The notes: generated by a model from the sequence alone, not told the origin. DNA of 64,000 nt from an uncultured Gemmatimonadaceae bacterium (GCA_963829055.1 CAWHHI010000011.1:416001-480000); one strand, 5' to 3'; shown: positions 10,407-22,878, counted from the stretch's first letter. Translations and numbers: made by a program.

Positions 10407-13095
10407 TCAGCTCTGCAGGGCCTTCGTCGGCTCGACGCGGGTCGCACGCCGCGCCGGCACCACGCTCGCGGCGAGCGCCACCAGCCCGAGCACTATCGGC
10501 ACGAGCACGAAGGTCAGCGGGATCCCGCGTGCCGATTCCGAAGACGAGGCTCGCGAGCAGCCGGCTCGCCACGACCGCCAGCGTGACGCCCACCACGATG
10601 CCGAGCACCACGGGACGCATCCCCTGCCCGACCACCAGCCGCAGCACGCGTCCGGGTGTCGCGCCGAGCGCCATTCGGAGGCCGATCTCGCCGGTCCGTT
10701 GCGTCACGAAATACGCCACGACACCATAGATCCCGACCGCCGCGAGCAGCGAGCCCGATCGACACCGAGCGTCGTGAGCAGCAGCGTGTTGAAGCGGCCC
10801 GGTGGCGAGCGACGCCGACATGCGCTCGTCCATCGAACGGATGTCGAACATCGGAAGCGTCGGCGTCCACCCTGGCGACCGCCGCCTGCAGCTGCTTGGT
10901 CATCGCCCGCGGATCCCCGTCGGTGCGCGCGACGATGAACGTCGACCGCTGCATCGCGAACCAGAACGCCGCCGGCGCCTGGGCGGCCGCGAAGTAGATC
11001 TGCGGTCGCACGGCTTCACGCAGCCCGTCGTCGTGTGCGTCGCCGACGACGCCGACGACTCTGCACATGGTGCGCGTGCCCGGCGGAGTCGCGCGGTCCG
11101 GGAATTCGCTTGCCGATCGCCGATTCGTTAGGCCACGCCTGCTTCGCGCGCGGCCTCGTTGACGATCAGCGCGCACGGCGCGCTCGCCACGTCGCGGTCG
11201 TCGAAGTCACGCCCCTGCTTGATCGGGATACCGAACGTTCGGAACACGCCCGGCGTCGCGAGCCGGAAGTTGAACGAGATGGAGTTGCTCGGGTCGTCGG
11301 CGCGACCCTCCGGCATGAAGACGCCGCGCAGAGAGGCCCGTCATCGGCAATGACCGTGATGGCTGCCGCGGACTGCACGCCCGGCACTGCGCGCACCTCG
11401 GTCAGGATGCGGTCGTACGCCGTCGCGACACTCTCGACGCTCTCGTACTGTGCCGGCGGGAGCGCAACCCACGCCGAGAATACGCGCGCGTCACGAACCC
11501 GGGCTCGACGCGCTGCAGCATGATGCCGCTTCGGATCAGCAGCCCTGCGCCCACGAGCAGCATGAGCGAGAGCGACGACCTCGGCCGCCACGAGCAGCTG
11601 TCGCACGCGGTCGCGCGCCGAGCCGCCGGAGCCGCGTCCGCCTTCACGCAGCGCCCCCTGCAGATCCGGACGCGCGGTCCGCAGCGCCGGCACGATCCCG
11701 AACACGATGCTGCTCAGCGAGCGTCGCGCCTAACGCGAATGCCACGGTCGTCAGGTCCAGCCCGGCCTGGTCGAGTCGCGGCACCTCGCTCGGCGCCGTC
11801 GCCTTGAGGAGACGCACGCCCCAGAACGCGAGCCCGAGCCCGATCACTCCGCCGATGCCGGCAAGCACGAGGCTCTCGGTGAACAGTTGCCGGAGCACGC
11901 GCCCGCGACCCGCACCGAGCGCGGCGCGGATCGCGATCTCCTTGCCGCGCGCCGCTCCGCGCGCGAGCAGCAGGTTCGCGACGTTCACGCACGCGATGAG
12001 CAGCACGAACGCCACGGCGCCGAGCAGGATGAACAAGCCGCGACCGATACGAGCCGACGTAGATGTCGGTGAGCGACGCGATCCGCACGCCGTTCTCGCG
12101 ATTCTCCTCGAGCTCCGTCTCGAGTCGCTTCGCGATCTGACGACATCTCCTGTCTGCGCCTGCGCCTGCGATACGCCGGGCGCGAGGCGCGCGAACACGT
12201 CGAGGTATCCCTTCCGGGAATCGGCCCGCTCCTCGGCGGTAAATGCCATCGGGACCCAGACGTTCGCGTCCTCGAGCAACGCATCGGCAGACGCCGACGC
12301 CACGCCGATGATCACGTGATCGACGGCGTTGAGCCGGATCGCTACGACCGATCATGCTCGAGTCGCCGTTGAACCGCGACTGCCAGAATCGCTCGTTCAG
12401 AACGACGACGTTCGACCGACCGACCTGATCTTCGTCCTTGGTGAACGGCCGGCCCAGCACGCATCCCGACGCGCAGCGCGGGGAAGAAATCCGCGGAGAC
12501 ACGCTCGCCGGTCACCTGTTCCGCTGGGCGATCGCCGGTGATGAGCGTGAAGTTCCGGTACTCGACCGGAACGAGCTGCGAGAAGGAGTGCGCGCGCTCG
12601 CGCCAGGCGACGAAGTTGGCGGCACTCGTGCTCGCGTCGTCACCGCGACGGTTGGAGTAGATGCGAACCAGCCGATCGGGCTCCGGAAATGGCAGCGGGC
12701 GCAGCACGACGGCGTGCACGACGCTGAAGATGGCGGTCGTCGCGCCGATCCCGATGGCGAGCGTCAGCGCAGCGACCGTGGTGAATCCGGGCATGCGCGC
12801 GAGCTGGCGCAGCGCATAGCGACGCGTCCTGCACGACCTCGTGTATCCATTCGGCACGGCGCATATCCCGCTCCCTTCCCTCGCCAATGCGGCGACAGGT
12901 GTTGTTGACTCGTTGGATGTCGCCGAAGCGACCGACGGCTTTCGCGCGCGCGAGCTCGGGATCGAGCCCGCGCGCGATGTACTCGCGCGTGCGCATCTCG
13001 ACGTGGAACGCGAGCTCGGCGTCGACCTCGTCGGCGACGCTCGCCTTCCACATGAGCGAGCGCAGCTGGCGACCGAACGTGCCCTGACGCGGCAT
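10407..13095 (-). CDS. ABC transporter permease, duplicated MacB/FtsX type (ADOP-like), multiple frameshifts
   Basis: N-term DEVDAELAFHVEMR; PGFTTVAALTLAIGIGATTAIFSVVHAVVLRPLPF; LLIACVNVANLLLARG...EIAIRAALGAGR; GIYGVVAYFVTQRTGEIGLRMALGA; C-term ARRATRVEPTKALQS*. Confidence 0.88.
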
Positions 13096-13123
13096 GACTC
13101 GCGATGCGCGACGCGGATGGCCG

Positions 13124-13455
13124 TTAGGCGGGCAGCAGGATGCGCGACACGGCACCGGCGAACCGCGCCCACTCCTCGGTCTCGGCGCGCAGCTGCTTGC
13201 GTCCCGACGGCGGTGAGCCGATAGAGCTTCGCCTTGCGGCCGAGCTCCGACTCGCCCCACTCGGCTTCGATCCACCCTTTGCGTTCCATGCGGTAGAGCG
13301 ACGGATAGAGCGAGCCCTCTTCGATGACGAGCTCGTCGCCGCTCGTGTCCTCGAGCCACCGCGCGATGGCGTACCCGTGGCGCGGGCCCCAGCTCAGCGT
13401 CTTGAGCACGAGGGCATCGAGCGTCCCGTGCAGGTCCTTTGGCGGCGACAGCCAT
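13124..13455 (-). CDS. PadR-family transcriptional regulator (type paired with ADOP permeases), frameshifted
   Basis: LKTLSWGPRHGYAIARWL...EEGSLYPSLYRMERKGWIEAEWGESELGRKAKLYRLT, directly upstream of the permease. Confidence 0.9.
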
Positions 13456-13465
13456 GGAACCGATT

Positions 13466-13514
13466 ACCTAGTTAGACTAGGTTCAGGATAAGGGCGGTAC
13501 CTAGACAGTCAAGG
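13466..13514. promoter_or_regulatory. two palindromic boxes (CCTAG-N5-C(T/A)AGG), candidate PadR operator sites
   Basis: ACCTAGT-TAG-ACTAGGT (13466-13482) and CCTAGACAGTCAAGG (13500-13514), 11-59 bp upstream of the padR start. Confidence 0.6.
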
Positions 13515-13531
13515 CATCCAGACAACGGCAC

Positions 13532-13664
13532 GCTGGTAGCTGGGTGCTCGTGCTGGTGGCTGGGTGACGCTGGATGTGGGCTGCGATGCAAATGGGGTCA
13601 GAGTCAACAGACTCCGACCCCAAGCACGTCACCCAGCGACAAGCACGCGCACCCAGCTACCAGC
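13532..13664. repeat. intergenic palindromic repeat element with inner GGGGTC(A/G)GAGTC hairpin
   Basis: GCTGGTAGCTGGGTGCTCGTGCTGGTGGCTGGGTGACG pairs with CGTCACCCAGCGACAAGCACGCGCACCCAGCTACCAGC. Inner hairpin TGGGGTCAGAGTC-AACA-GACTCCGACCCCA. Confidence 0.75.
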
Positions 13665-13673
13665 TCCTCGCCG

Positions 13674-16600
13674 TTAGCTGGTCACGATTGGCTTCTGATC
13701 TTTCTTCAACTCAGTGGTGCTTGGAACGATCGGCTCGAGTCCCGCCGCCTTCAGCACCGCGTTGATCTTCGGCAGCAGCTCGTCGAGCGATGACTTCACG
13801 CCCGTCAGGCGTACGCGAAGGTCCTTCGTCAGCGAATCGAACGCCGCGTACGTCTGCTTCGTCGGTCGATACTCTCCGCTCGCCACACCGGCCAGCGCCG
13901 CGATCTTGTTGTTCAACTTGATCGGGTAGTTGAGCGGGTCCTGGCTGCTCTGGTTCTGGACCTGGTAGATGTCCTTCTCCGCCGAGCCGAGTTTGTCCAT
14001 GAGCTGACCGGAGAGCTGCTTGAACTCCGCCGCCTGCGGCTTGCCCGCGATCTTCTCGCGGTCCGGTCGTCGACCTGGAAGCGGACGTTGCGAACCGTGC
14101 GCACCGCGTTGTTCGCCGCGCTCACCGTGTCGCGCACCTTCGATGAGGAAGCGGAACTGCTCCTGGTAGTCCGCGAGCGTCGACGTCGAGCGCGGGTCCT
14201 TCTTCACCACGAACGACTGCGTCTGCGTCTCGCCTCCGACGCGCAGCCGGACCTGGTACGTGCCCGGCGGCGCGATGGGGCCGGTCGTGCTCGCGGCCCA
14301 CATGATCAGGTTCTCGAACCGGACGGCGTCCGGATACCGCAGGTTCCAGGTGAACGCGTTCAGCCCGCCTTGTTAGGCACGCGCGGCGGACGCGGGCCGG
14401 TGCGGGCGAGCACTTCGAAGTCCGGCAGACGCGCCACCCTCGGTCGCCGGCGACGCGAGGATCTTCTGGATGCTGTCGGCGGAAAGGCCGGCGCGCGTCA
14501 GGCTGTCGCGTCGCGCTGCCTTGCGCTGTCGTCGCCGCGGAGGCTGTCGCCAGCGTGAGCCGAGTCGGGGTTGCTCGTGAACGAGCGGATGAGCGCGCCC
14601 TGCGCGTCGAGGAAGTCCATCGTGACGAGCTGGTTCGCCTTGTCGAGCGTGTAGTACACCGTCGCGCCCGACGGCGGATTCGCGCCGGTCGGCGTTCCAG
14701 AGCTGCCGCCGCCACCGCCGAAGCCTCCACCCCAATCGATGCGGTAGGCGTCACGCGGCTTGAACAGGTGAGCGCTCTTCGCGACGATCGCCGGCGTGAG
14801 CTGACGAAGCGGCCGAGAGGTCATCCATGACGTAGAAGCCGCGCGCGTGCGTGGCGGCGATCAGATCGCCTTCCTTGATCGTCATGTCGTGCACCGGCGC
14901 GGGCGGCAGGTTGCGCTGCAGCGACTGCCACCGCCCGCCGTCGTCGAACGACACCCACACGCCGCGCTCCGTGCCGGCGAACAGCAGACCGCGCCTCACG
15001 GGATCCTCGCGGATGACGCGCGTGAACTCCGTCTCCGGAATGCCGTTCACGATCTTCGTCCAGCTCTTCCCGCAGTCCGTCGTCTTGTACAGGATCGGGC
15101 GCTTGTCGCCGAGCTGATAGCGGTTCGCCGCGACGTACGCGCCGCACGACGACGAAGTGCGACGGCTCGATGATCGACATGCGCGTGAAGTCGCCAATGT
15201 CCTTCGGCGTGACGTTCGTCCAGTTCGCGCCGTTGTCGCGCGACACCCAGATGTAACCGTCGTCCGTACCCGCCCAGAGCAGCCCGGCCGTGAGCGGCGA
15301 CTCGTCGAACGCGAAGATGAGCGCGTACGTCTCGACGCCCGTCTGGTCCTTCGTGATCGGGCCGCCGGACGCGCCCATCGTCTTCGGGTCGTGGCGTGAC
15401 AGGTCCGGCGAGACACGCGTCCAGCTCTCGCCCTCGTTGGTCGACCGGTACAGGTAGTTCCCGGCGGCGTACACGACGTTAGGCGTGTGGCGCGAGAACA
15501 CGATCGGGTACGTCCACTGGAAGCGGACCTTGATGTCTTCCGACGAGTAGCCCATCGGGTTGTCGGGCCACACGGTGATGTTCCGCTCGTAGTTCGTGTT
15601 CAGGTCCTTGCGCGTCATGAGCCCGCCGTAGCTGCCGGCGAAGATGACGTCGGGCTTCGTCGGATGCGGCGTGACGTAGCCCGACTCGCCGCCACCCGGC
15701 ATCGACCCAGTCCGACGGTGGCAATCCCACCCGCCTTGCGGCTCGGGCCGCACAACGTCGAGTTGTCCTGCTGCGCGCCGCAGATCTTGTACGGGAACTC
15801 GTTCGTCGTCGCGACGTGGTAGAACTGCGCGGTCGCGAAGTCCTGCTCGCTCCACGCTCGGCCAGCGTTGAACGACACGTTCGCGCCGCCGTCGTTCGCC
15901 TCGATCATCCGGTTCGGATCGTTAGGCGCGATCCACAGGTCGTGGTTGTCGCCGTGCGGCGGGTTGATGCGACTGCGGGAACGTCTTGCCGCCGTCGCGC
16001 GAGCGGATAGAAGCCGATGTTCAGCGCGTACACCATGTTGGAGTCGCGCGGGTCGGCATAGATGTGCGTGTAGTACCACGCGCGCTGGCGGAGCTTGCGC
16101 TCGCCGTTCACGAACTGCCACGTCGCGCCGCCGTCGTCGGAGCGGTACACGCCGCCCGAGTCGTGCTCCACGAGCGCCCACACGCGATTCGGCTTCGCCG
16201 GCGAGACGGCGACGCCGATCTTACCGTAGATGCCAGCCGGCAATCCCTTCGCCGTCTTCGTGAGATTCGTCCACGTGCGGCCGGCGTCGGTGCTCTTGTA
16301 CAAGCGCGCTCCCCGCGCCACCGCTCGACATCGACCACGGCGTGCGGCCCGACTGCCAGAACGCGACGTAGATGCACGTCCGGGTTCGACGGATCGAACT
16401 GGAAGTCGATCGCGCCGGTGGAGTCGTTCGCGAACAGGATCTTGTTCCACGTCTTTCCCGCGTCCGTCGACTTGAACAGTCCGCGATGCTCGTTCGCGCG
16501 AATGCGTCGGGCCGAGCGCGGAGACGTAGATGACGTCGGAGTTGCGCGGGTCGATGTTCACGGCCGCGATCTGCTCCGTCTCCTTGAGCCCCATGTAGCT

Positions 16601-17044
16601 CCACGTCTTGCCGGCGTCCTTCGTCATCCACACGCCATCGCCGTGCGAGACGTTGCCGCGGATGCACGTCTCACCGCCGCCAACCCAGACGACGTCCGGG
16701 ATTCTTCGGGTCGACCGCGATCGCGCCGATGGTTCCGCTGAAGTACTTGTCGGTCATCGGCTGCCAGGTGATGCCGCCGTCGGTCGTCTTGAACACGCCG
16801 CCGCCGCGTCGTGCCCATCCAGTACTCGAGCGGCCGCTGCGCCGAGCCGATGGCGGCGACCGAGCGACCGCCGCGATACGGACCGACCTCGCGCCACTTG
16901 AGCGCGGCGAAGGCAGTGGTGTCGTACGGGGCCTGGGCACGTACGCGCCGCGGGCCCGAAGGCGACCGCGAGTGTGAGGGCGACCGAGACGCCGCCAAGT
17001 CGAAGACAGTGCATTCCGCTACTCCGGAGGGGTGGTGTTTTCAT
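13674..17044 (-). CDS. BNR/VPS10-repeat beta-propeller glycosyl hydrolase-like secreted protein (~1050 aa, many frameshifts; start uncertain)
   Basis: LKWREVGPYRGGRS; repeated Asp-box motifs (KTTDGGITW, STDAGRTW, SDDGGATW, STNEGESW, SRDNGANW, SFDDGGRW); LIAATHARGFY; C-terminal helical tail QDPLNYPIKLNNKIAAL. Confidence 0.85.
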
Positions 17045-17208
17045 ATGACCTTCGATGTAGCCGCGGCTCTCGAGAGCGGCAAGTGCGTAATGACCGGTGT
17101 TCGCGCGGGATGCGTGTGGGACCCGGCGCTGCCCTCGCTCAATTGACAGCTCGAATATCGTTCAGGCCTCACCAGTCGATCCTTCAGCACGAGGAACCAC
17201 GAGGAACC

Positions 17209-18215
17209 ATGCGCATGCAGTGTTCGATCCTCCCGCGTTCGACGGGCGCTCCTGCGCCTCCAGCAGCTCATTCATCGTCTTCGCCGCGTGCTCGTCCGGC
17301 GAGAAAGCGAGCACCGACACCGCCATCGGCGAAGGCAGCCGACACGACAGCGGCCGCTGCGGCGACTCCAGCGATGTTCGCGAGCGCCGGCGCGACCGAC
17401 AGCATGAAGACGCCGGAGTCGGTGCGCTACGACGCAGATCTCGATGCGTACTTCGTCTCGAACATCAACGGCAATCCGTCGCAGAAGGATGGCAACGGAT
17501 TCATCGCCCGCGTCGACGCCGGGAACACGTCGCCGATGACGATTGCTCGTGCAGGGCGGAAAGAACGGCGCGACGCTCAACGCGCCGAAGGGGCTCGCGA
17601 TCGTCGGCGACACACTCTGGGTCGCGGACATCGACGCCGCACGCGCGTTCAACAAGCGAACCGGTGCGCCGATCGCGAACGATCGATCTCCGACCGATGA
17701 AGGCCACGTTCCTCAACGACGTCGTCGCCGGACCGGACGGCGCCATCTACATCACCGACTACCGGCGATCATGTTCGACGCGAAAGGCGGGATGACGCAT
17801 CCCGGCCACGACCAGATCTTCAAGATCGTCGGTCGCAAGGCGACGGTGGCGATCAAGAGCGACTCGACGCTCAAGAGCCCGAACGGCATTGCGTGGGATG
17901 GCGCGAATGCGCGGTTCGTTCTCGCGCCGTTCGCCGACAAGGTCGTCAGCGCGTGGAAGGACGGCGACTCTACCGTCACGCCGATCGGGACGGGTCCCGG
18001 CGGCTACGACGGCGTCGAAGTGCTCGCGCGACGGCCGCATGCTCGTCACGAGCTGGGCGGATTCATCGGTGCACGTGATCTCGAACGGCACGTTCCGGAA
18101 GGTGATCGGCAACGTCGAGGGGCCGGCCGACATCGGCGTCGATACGAAGCGGAACGTTGTCGCGGTGCCGCGGTTCAACGCCGGTCGCGTCGAGTACTTC
18201 ACGATCGCTCGCTGA
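17209..18215 (+). CDS. SMP-30/gluconolactonase-like beta-propeller lipoprotein (frameshifted)
   Basis: FIVFAACSSG lipobox in one frame; TPESVRYDADLDAYFVSNING...DGNGFI; NAPKGLAIVGDTLWVADI; FLNDVVAGPDGAIYITD; SPNGIAWD; GPADIGVD. Confidence 0.75.
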
Positions 18216-18364
18216 TGATCATACCGGCCGCGCGAGCAGGCGTTCGTGCGTCGCGACGTCGAGGATGGCGATCCGTACCAACCCAGTGGCCTAACGCGCC
18301 CGAGTCGCTATATTCCGCGCTGCGCGACGACTGCGCGAACCTTCACGAACAGGAGAAGAACCCC

Positions 18365-18974
18365 ATGCACCGATTTCTCGGCCGTTTCGTCATCGGCGCC
18401 GGCGCGTTGCTGATCGCAGCAACGGCGCACGCGCAGGGGACAGCCGGCTCGTCTGGACGACCATTCAAACTTGGCGGTGCACTCGGCGCGACGGTTCCTC
18501 TCGGGGATTTCAGCGATGACGCGGACCTCGGGTTTCACCTGGGTGGGCTCGTCGAGTACAAACCTGCCGTCGGTGCCGGTCAACCTGCGCGGCGAGCTCA
18601 CGTACCATCGAAACGGTCTGAGGTGCGGATTGCTTTCCAGCGAGGGAGCCGACATCGGAACGTCGACGGCCAGTTTCAGCATGTTCAGCTTCATCGCGAA
18701 TGCTTTCTTTCCGTTCGGAGATGCGGCCTCGACAGCGCGGCCATACGCGATCGGCGGGACTTGGTCTCTACCATGTCTGAAGGCGTCGGTGACATTCCGG
18801 GACGGACGACACACAGAGCGACTCGCAGCACAAAGTTCGGTATCAACGTCGGTGGCGGTTTCACTTTCAACCTGAGCGGCTTCGAGACTTTCGTCGAAGC
18901 GCGCTTCCACTCCGTCTTCACCGAACGACAGCAACACGAACTTCATGCCGATCTCGTTCGGCTTCAAGTTCTAA
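18365..18974 (+). CDS. outer membrane beta-barrel protein (frameshifted)
   Basis: Signal peptide ending AHA-Q; amphipathic strands KFGINVGGGFTF and FVEARFHSVF; C-terminal MPISFGFKF* with terminal Phe; GGAG RBS. Confidence 0.8.
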
Positions 18975-19141
18975 CACCGTTCCCCGCAGGTATCAGCCGC
19001 GGACCGACAATACGAACACGACGGCCAGCGCTCACTCCGGTGACGATGGCCGTCGTTTTCCATCGTGGGGTAGCTCACCGTCGCGCGGCGAACATATGCC
19101 TGCGGAACAGCGGCACACATGCTGCTTTCCTTGGGCTAACA

Positions 19142-20157
19142 ATGCTCTCGCTCGCCTACGAACTCGCGCGTTGCCCCGTGTGCAACAGTGCCGACTCCCG
19201 CGAAATCGCGGGGGCGGATGACGTGCGAGAAGAAGTCGAAGCGCTGTGGGGATTCCACACGCGCCGGTTGCGCGCAGACACGCCGGTCGAGCGGCTGACG
19301 GATCGCGTCGCGTTCTCACAGGCGCCGCCGCTGCGCCTCGTTCAGTGCGTACGCTGCGAGACGGTGTTCCGAAATCCGCGAGAGCGCGCGTTCGAAGTCA
19401 CCGACACATACGCCGACGAGACGCCGACCATCGAGACGCTGCAATCGCTGCACGACACACAGCGGTCCACGTTCGAGGGCCAACTCTCACGCCTGATGGA
19501 CGTCGCCGGCCGTGTGGGACGCGGACTCGAGGTCGGCAGCTATGCCGGCGGATTTCTCGAGGCAGCGCGCGACGGCGGGCTGGCACTTCGAGGGGCTCGA
19601 CGTCAATGAGTCTGCGAACGAGTTCACGCGCTCGCTCGGCTTCACGGTGACAGCCGGCGACCTCACGTCCTATCGCACGACGCAGCCGTTCGACGCGGTC
19701 GCGATCTGGAACTGCTTCGATCAGCTGCCCGATCCTCGCGTCGGCCGCGCGCGCCGCGCGTGCGTTGCTCAAGCCGAATGGCGTCCTGGCGATCCGCGTC
19801 CCTAACGGAGCGTTCTACGCGACCGTGCGCCAGCGTCTCGATGGGCTCACCGGCCCGATCGCGCGCGCATTGCTCGCGCACAACAACCTGCTCGCGTTCC
19901 CGTATCGCCACGGCTTCACGGTACAGTCACTGACACTGCTGCTCGAGGATACCGGCTTCGACGTCGTCCGCACGTACGGCGATGCTCTGGTACCGATCGC
20001 CGACGAGTGGACACGCGGCTGGGCGGCGGCGGAAGAGCGAATGATCAAGACGACGATCAAGGCGCTCGCCGCGCTCGACACCGAGGGCGCGCCGTGGTTC
20101 GAGATCTACGCGAGAGCGAGCGGTACGCCGATCAGCCGCCCCGTGCCTAACGTCTAG
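19142..20157 (+). CDS. class I SAM-dependent methyltransferase with N-terminal Cys motifs (frameshifted)
   Basis: CPVC and CVRC motifs; motif I GLEVGSYAGGFL; FDAVAIWNCFDQLPDP; LKPNGVLAIRVPN. Confidence 0.8.
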
Positions 20158-20313
20158 TGGACGCGCGTGAGATGTTGAGAGCAGGCGATACTGGCCCCTA
20201 GCCAGAATCGGCAAATGCGTTACGCCTCTCGCCTGTCACGGAAGGGCTGCCCTTTGCCAATTCTGGCTATAGGGCCTACCTCGCCTACTCTCAACATCCA
20301 GCACGCAGTCCAC
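20157..20313. repeat. ~157 bp imperfect inverted repeat between convergent genes
   Basis: GTGGAC..GATGTTGAGAG.AGGCGA...TAGCCAGAAT.GGCAAA pairs with TTTGCC.ATTCTGGCTA...TCGCCT.CTCTCAACATC...GTCCAC. Confidence 0.75.
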
Positions 20314-20318
20314 CGGCG

Positions 20319-21095
20319 CTACCGCGCAGGGACCGGTGTCTGCAACGTCGTCGCAAGCCACCTGGCGGCTGATCGCACGGCCTCATCGGGCAGATAGTGC
20401 CCAGCCTCGAACCACTGGATTTCCTTCGGCTCCCCCGCCGCCGCGAACAGACGCTCGGCCAGCGCCGGAGGAATGGTGCGGTCGCGCTTACCGTGCACCA
20501 TCAGCAGCGGCCGTCCGGCGAGCGCGCGCACTCCGGCGAGCGGATTCGCCACCGCGCGAATGAGCGCCGAGAATGGAAAGTCCGGCAGGTCTCCTCCGGC
20601 CGCTAGCACCACTGCACGCGGTGCACGATCTCGTTCCGCGACGGCGAGCGACAGGTAGGACCCGAGCGAGTATCCGACAAGCGCGAGGCGGTCGCGATCG
20701 ATCTCCGCGCGCGCCGATAGAAAACGGAGCGCGAGTTGCGCCTCGTCTATCGCCGTCCGCCAGCGAGAGGCGATATCGAACGGATTGCGCATCGACCGAA
20801 GCTCGAACGGGTCCGCTCGCTCGCCGTGCAACGGGAGATCGATCGACAGGCTGGCAATGCCGAGCGGCAGCAGGGCGTCGCCCACGTAGTCCGCCATGTC
20901 TTCCTTGCGCGATGCGTAGCCGTGCAGGAGAAGCGCGGCGGGAACTCGGTCGGTCGCCGCCAGGCAATCGCAGCACAGCGGGAACCGGCGCATCCGCACT
21001 CGGTCCGTCGTCGGCGCGGAACGTCAGCGAGATCGCGCGCCACCGTTGGGGATCGCGCGCTCGCTCAGCGTCTGTTGCGTGATGCGTTTCTTCAC
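20319..21095 (-). CDS. alpha/beta fold hydrolase (N-terminus frameshifted, start approximate)
   Basis: LLLHGYAS oxyanion region; nucleophile GYSLG; HGKRDRTIPP; C-terminal EAGH. Confidence 0.85.
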
Positions 21096-21110
21096 TCCCC
21101 GTGCCGACAC

Positions 21111-22096
21111 CTAACGCGGCTTGAGCTCCACGTTGCCCTTGAAGCTGCGGACGACGACACGCGTGTCGCCGGTGCCTGACGAGAACCCGAGCTCCATGCC
21201 TCGGCCTTCCCGTCCTGCGATGGGCCGGCTCGAGGTGACGGCATTCTCGATGGTGCCGGTGACCGTCACCGCGTCGAGCTCGACGTTCGGCCTGGGCGGG
21301 AGGCGGAGCTCGACTCGCGCCGCTGTGCGTGGTGAGGTCGACCGAACCCTTGTATCCGACCTCGCCACCGTAGACGACGTCCCCGGTCACCGTCTCGAAC
21401 TTGCCGCGCTCGTAGCGACCATCGGTGACGCGAACCGTGCCGCTGACCGATCGACAGGCCGGCGTCCTCGCTCCCGCCGCGCACATCGATGTCACCCGTT
21501 GCGGTCTTCACGCGCAGCCAGGCGGCACCCGCGAGCACGCGAACGCTACCATCCATGGATTCGATGTTGAGCTCACGCGGTGCGCTCTGAGACGGTGACT
21601 GAACCACCGACAATGTTGAGATCGAGCCCGCCGGTCACGCCCGACACCTCGATGTCGGCGCTGCCACTCTTCGCCCACACGCGCGCTCGCAGAGGAACAT
21701 GGATCTCGAGCACGGCGCCGCTCGTGTAGCCCTCGGACTGTGGCTTCCACGAAGAACTTGGCGCCGCGCGGCAATCCCGCAGGTGCAGAAGCCAAGCCAC
21801 CGTCGAAGACGCCAGCCCTTCGGCATGGTCCCGCTCACTACGAGCGAGTCCCGATCCCAGCCGATGATGCGGAGCGTCGAGAACGCTCCGAACAACCGAA
21901 TCGACGCGTCCGAAGCGACGGCCCCGCGCCTCTCGATCGCCACGCGCGGCGTCGCCCCTTTGGCGGGATCGCCACCCTTCTGGGCGCGGGCGTCCGCACC
22001 GGCCGCTGCGAGTGCGGCGGCGACCACCACCGCCCACCCGACGGGAAGGGACCCGCCGTGCCGGCGAGCCGAGTATCGACTGGAGATCATGGACAT
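21111..22096 (-). CDS. DUF4097/adhesin-like beta-strand repeat protein (frameshifted)
   Basis: Signal-like N-terminus; repeats LEIHVP..KSGSADIEVSGV, ESMDGSVRV, KTATGDIDV, ETVTGDV; ends VVRSFKGNVELKPR*. Typical third gene after an ECF sigma/anti-sigma pair. Confidence 0.7.
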
Positions 22097-22131
22097 CCGT
22101 TCGTCATGCGTAGCGTCGTCCCTTTCATGAG

Positions 22132-22878
22132 TCAGATCCTGGAGCTCAGCTCCGACGTTCGTCGCAGCAGATCGAGCTTTCTCTGGTAGCTCGCCGACAG
22201 GAGATCGACGAGGGTGGCGTTGTTCGGGTCTGCGACGAGGGCATTCCGCGCTTCGGCAATGGCAGAGTCGATGACGGCGAGGCTGCGGTCGACCGTTCGA
22301 ATGGTCTCGGGACTGAGCCGACTGCGCTGAGCGTCGACCGCCTGGAGCAGCTCGCCGATCGCGCGACTGTATTCTCCCTCCGCCATCGTGAAGCCGACCG
22401 GGAGAACGGACGGTGGCACCGGGGCACTGCCAGGAGCACGCACGGAGGGGTACTGGTTGGCGAGCCGCTGAGCGTTGTTGCCGCGGAGCATAAGCGCGGT
22501 GATCCCCGACGAGACGATAACCAGGATGACGGCAGCAACCGCCAGAAATGCCGGGGATTGCCACCGTTTTCGGGTAGTACCTGGACTGCGCTGATCAGCC
22601 TTGCTCACGATGTGGCCGGTGCCGATGACCGGGAGCACCACCTCCTTGCGCCGGTCCAATGATTCTTTGAGGTCGGCCCAGATATCGTCCGGTGGCGCGA
22701 GAGTACGCGGGAGCTGAGCCGCGGACTGTACGACGGACCGCAGCACGGAATACTGGCCAGCGCACACGGAGCATGATTCTATGTGCTTACTTACGATAGA
22801 CATAGATCGCTCGTCGAGTACGCCGTCGGCGTAGTCGTTCAGTGTGTCGAACGCTATGTGCTCCCGTTCGCCCTTCAT
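22132..22878 (-). CDS. zf-HC2 anti-sigma factor
   Basis: LNDYADG...HIESCSVC zinc motif; single TM helix; C-terminal LAVIDSAIAEARNALVADPNN; overlaps the sigma factor stop. Confidence 0.85.
   Translation of the reverse strand: MKGEREHIAFDTLNDYADGVLDERSMSIVSKHIESCSVCAGQYSVLRSVVQSAAQLPRTLAPPDDIWADLKESLDRRKEVVLPVIGTGHIVSKADQRSPGTTRKRWQSPAFLAVAAVILVIVSSGITALMLRGNNAQRLANQYPSVRAPGSAPVPPSVLPVGFTMAEGEYSRAIGELLQAVDAQRSRLSPETIRTVDRSLAVIDSAIAEARNALVADPNNATLVDLLSASYQRKLDLLRRTSELSSRI

Noticed and set aside
17543..19609. 688-aa ORF as a single fusion protein
   Set aside because: It strings together parts of three separate frameshifted genes (propeller lipoprotein, beta-barrel, methyltransferase), each with its own start.
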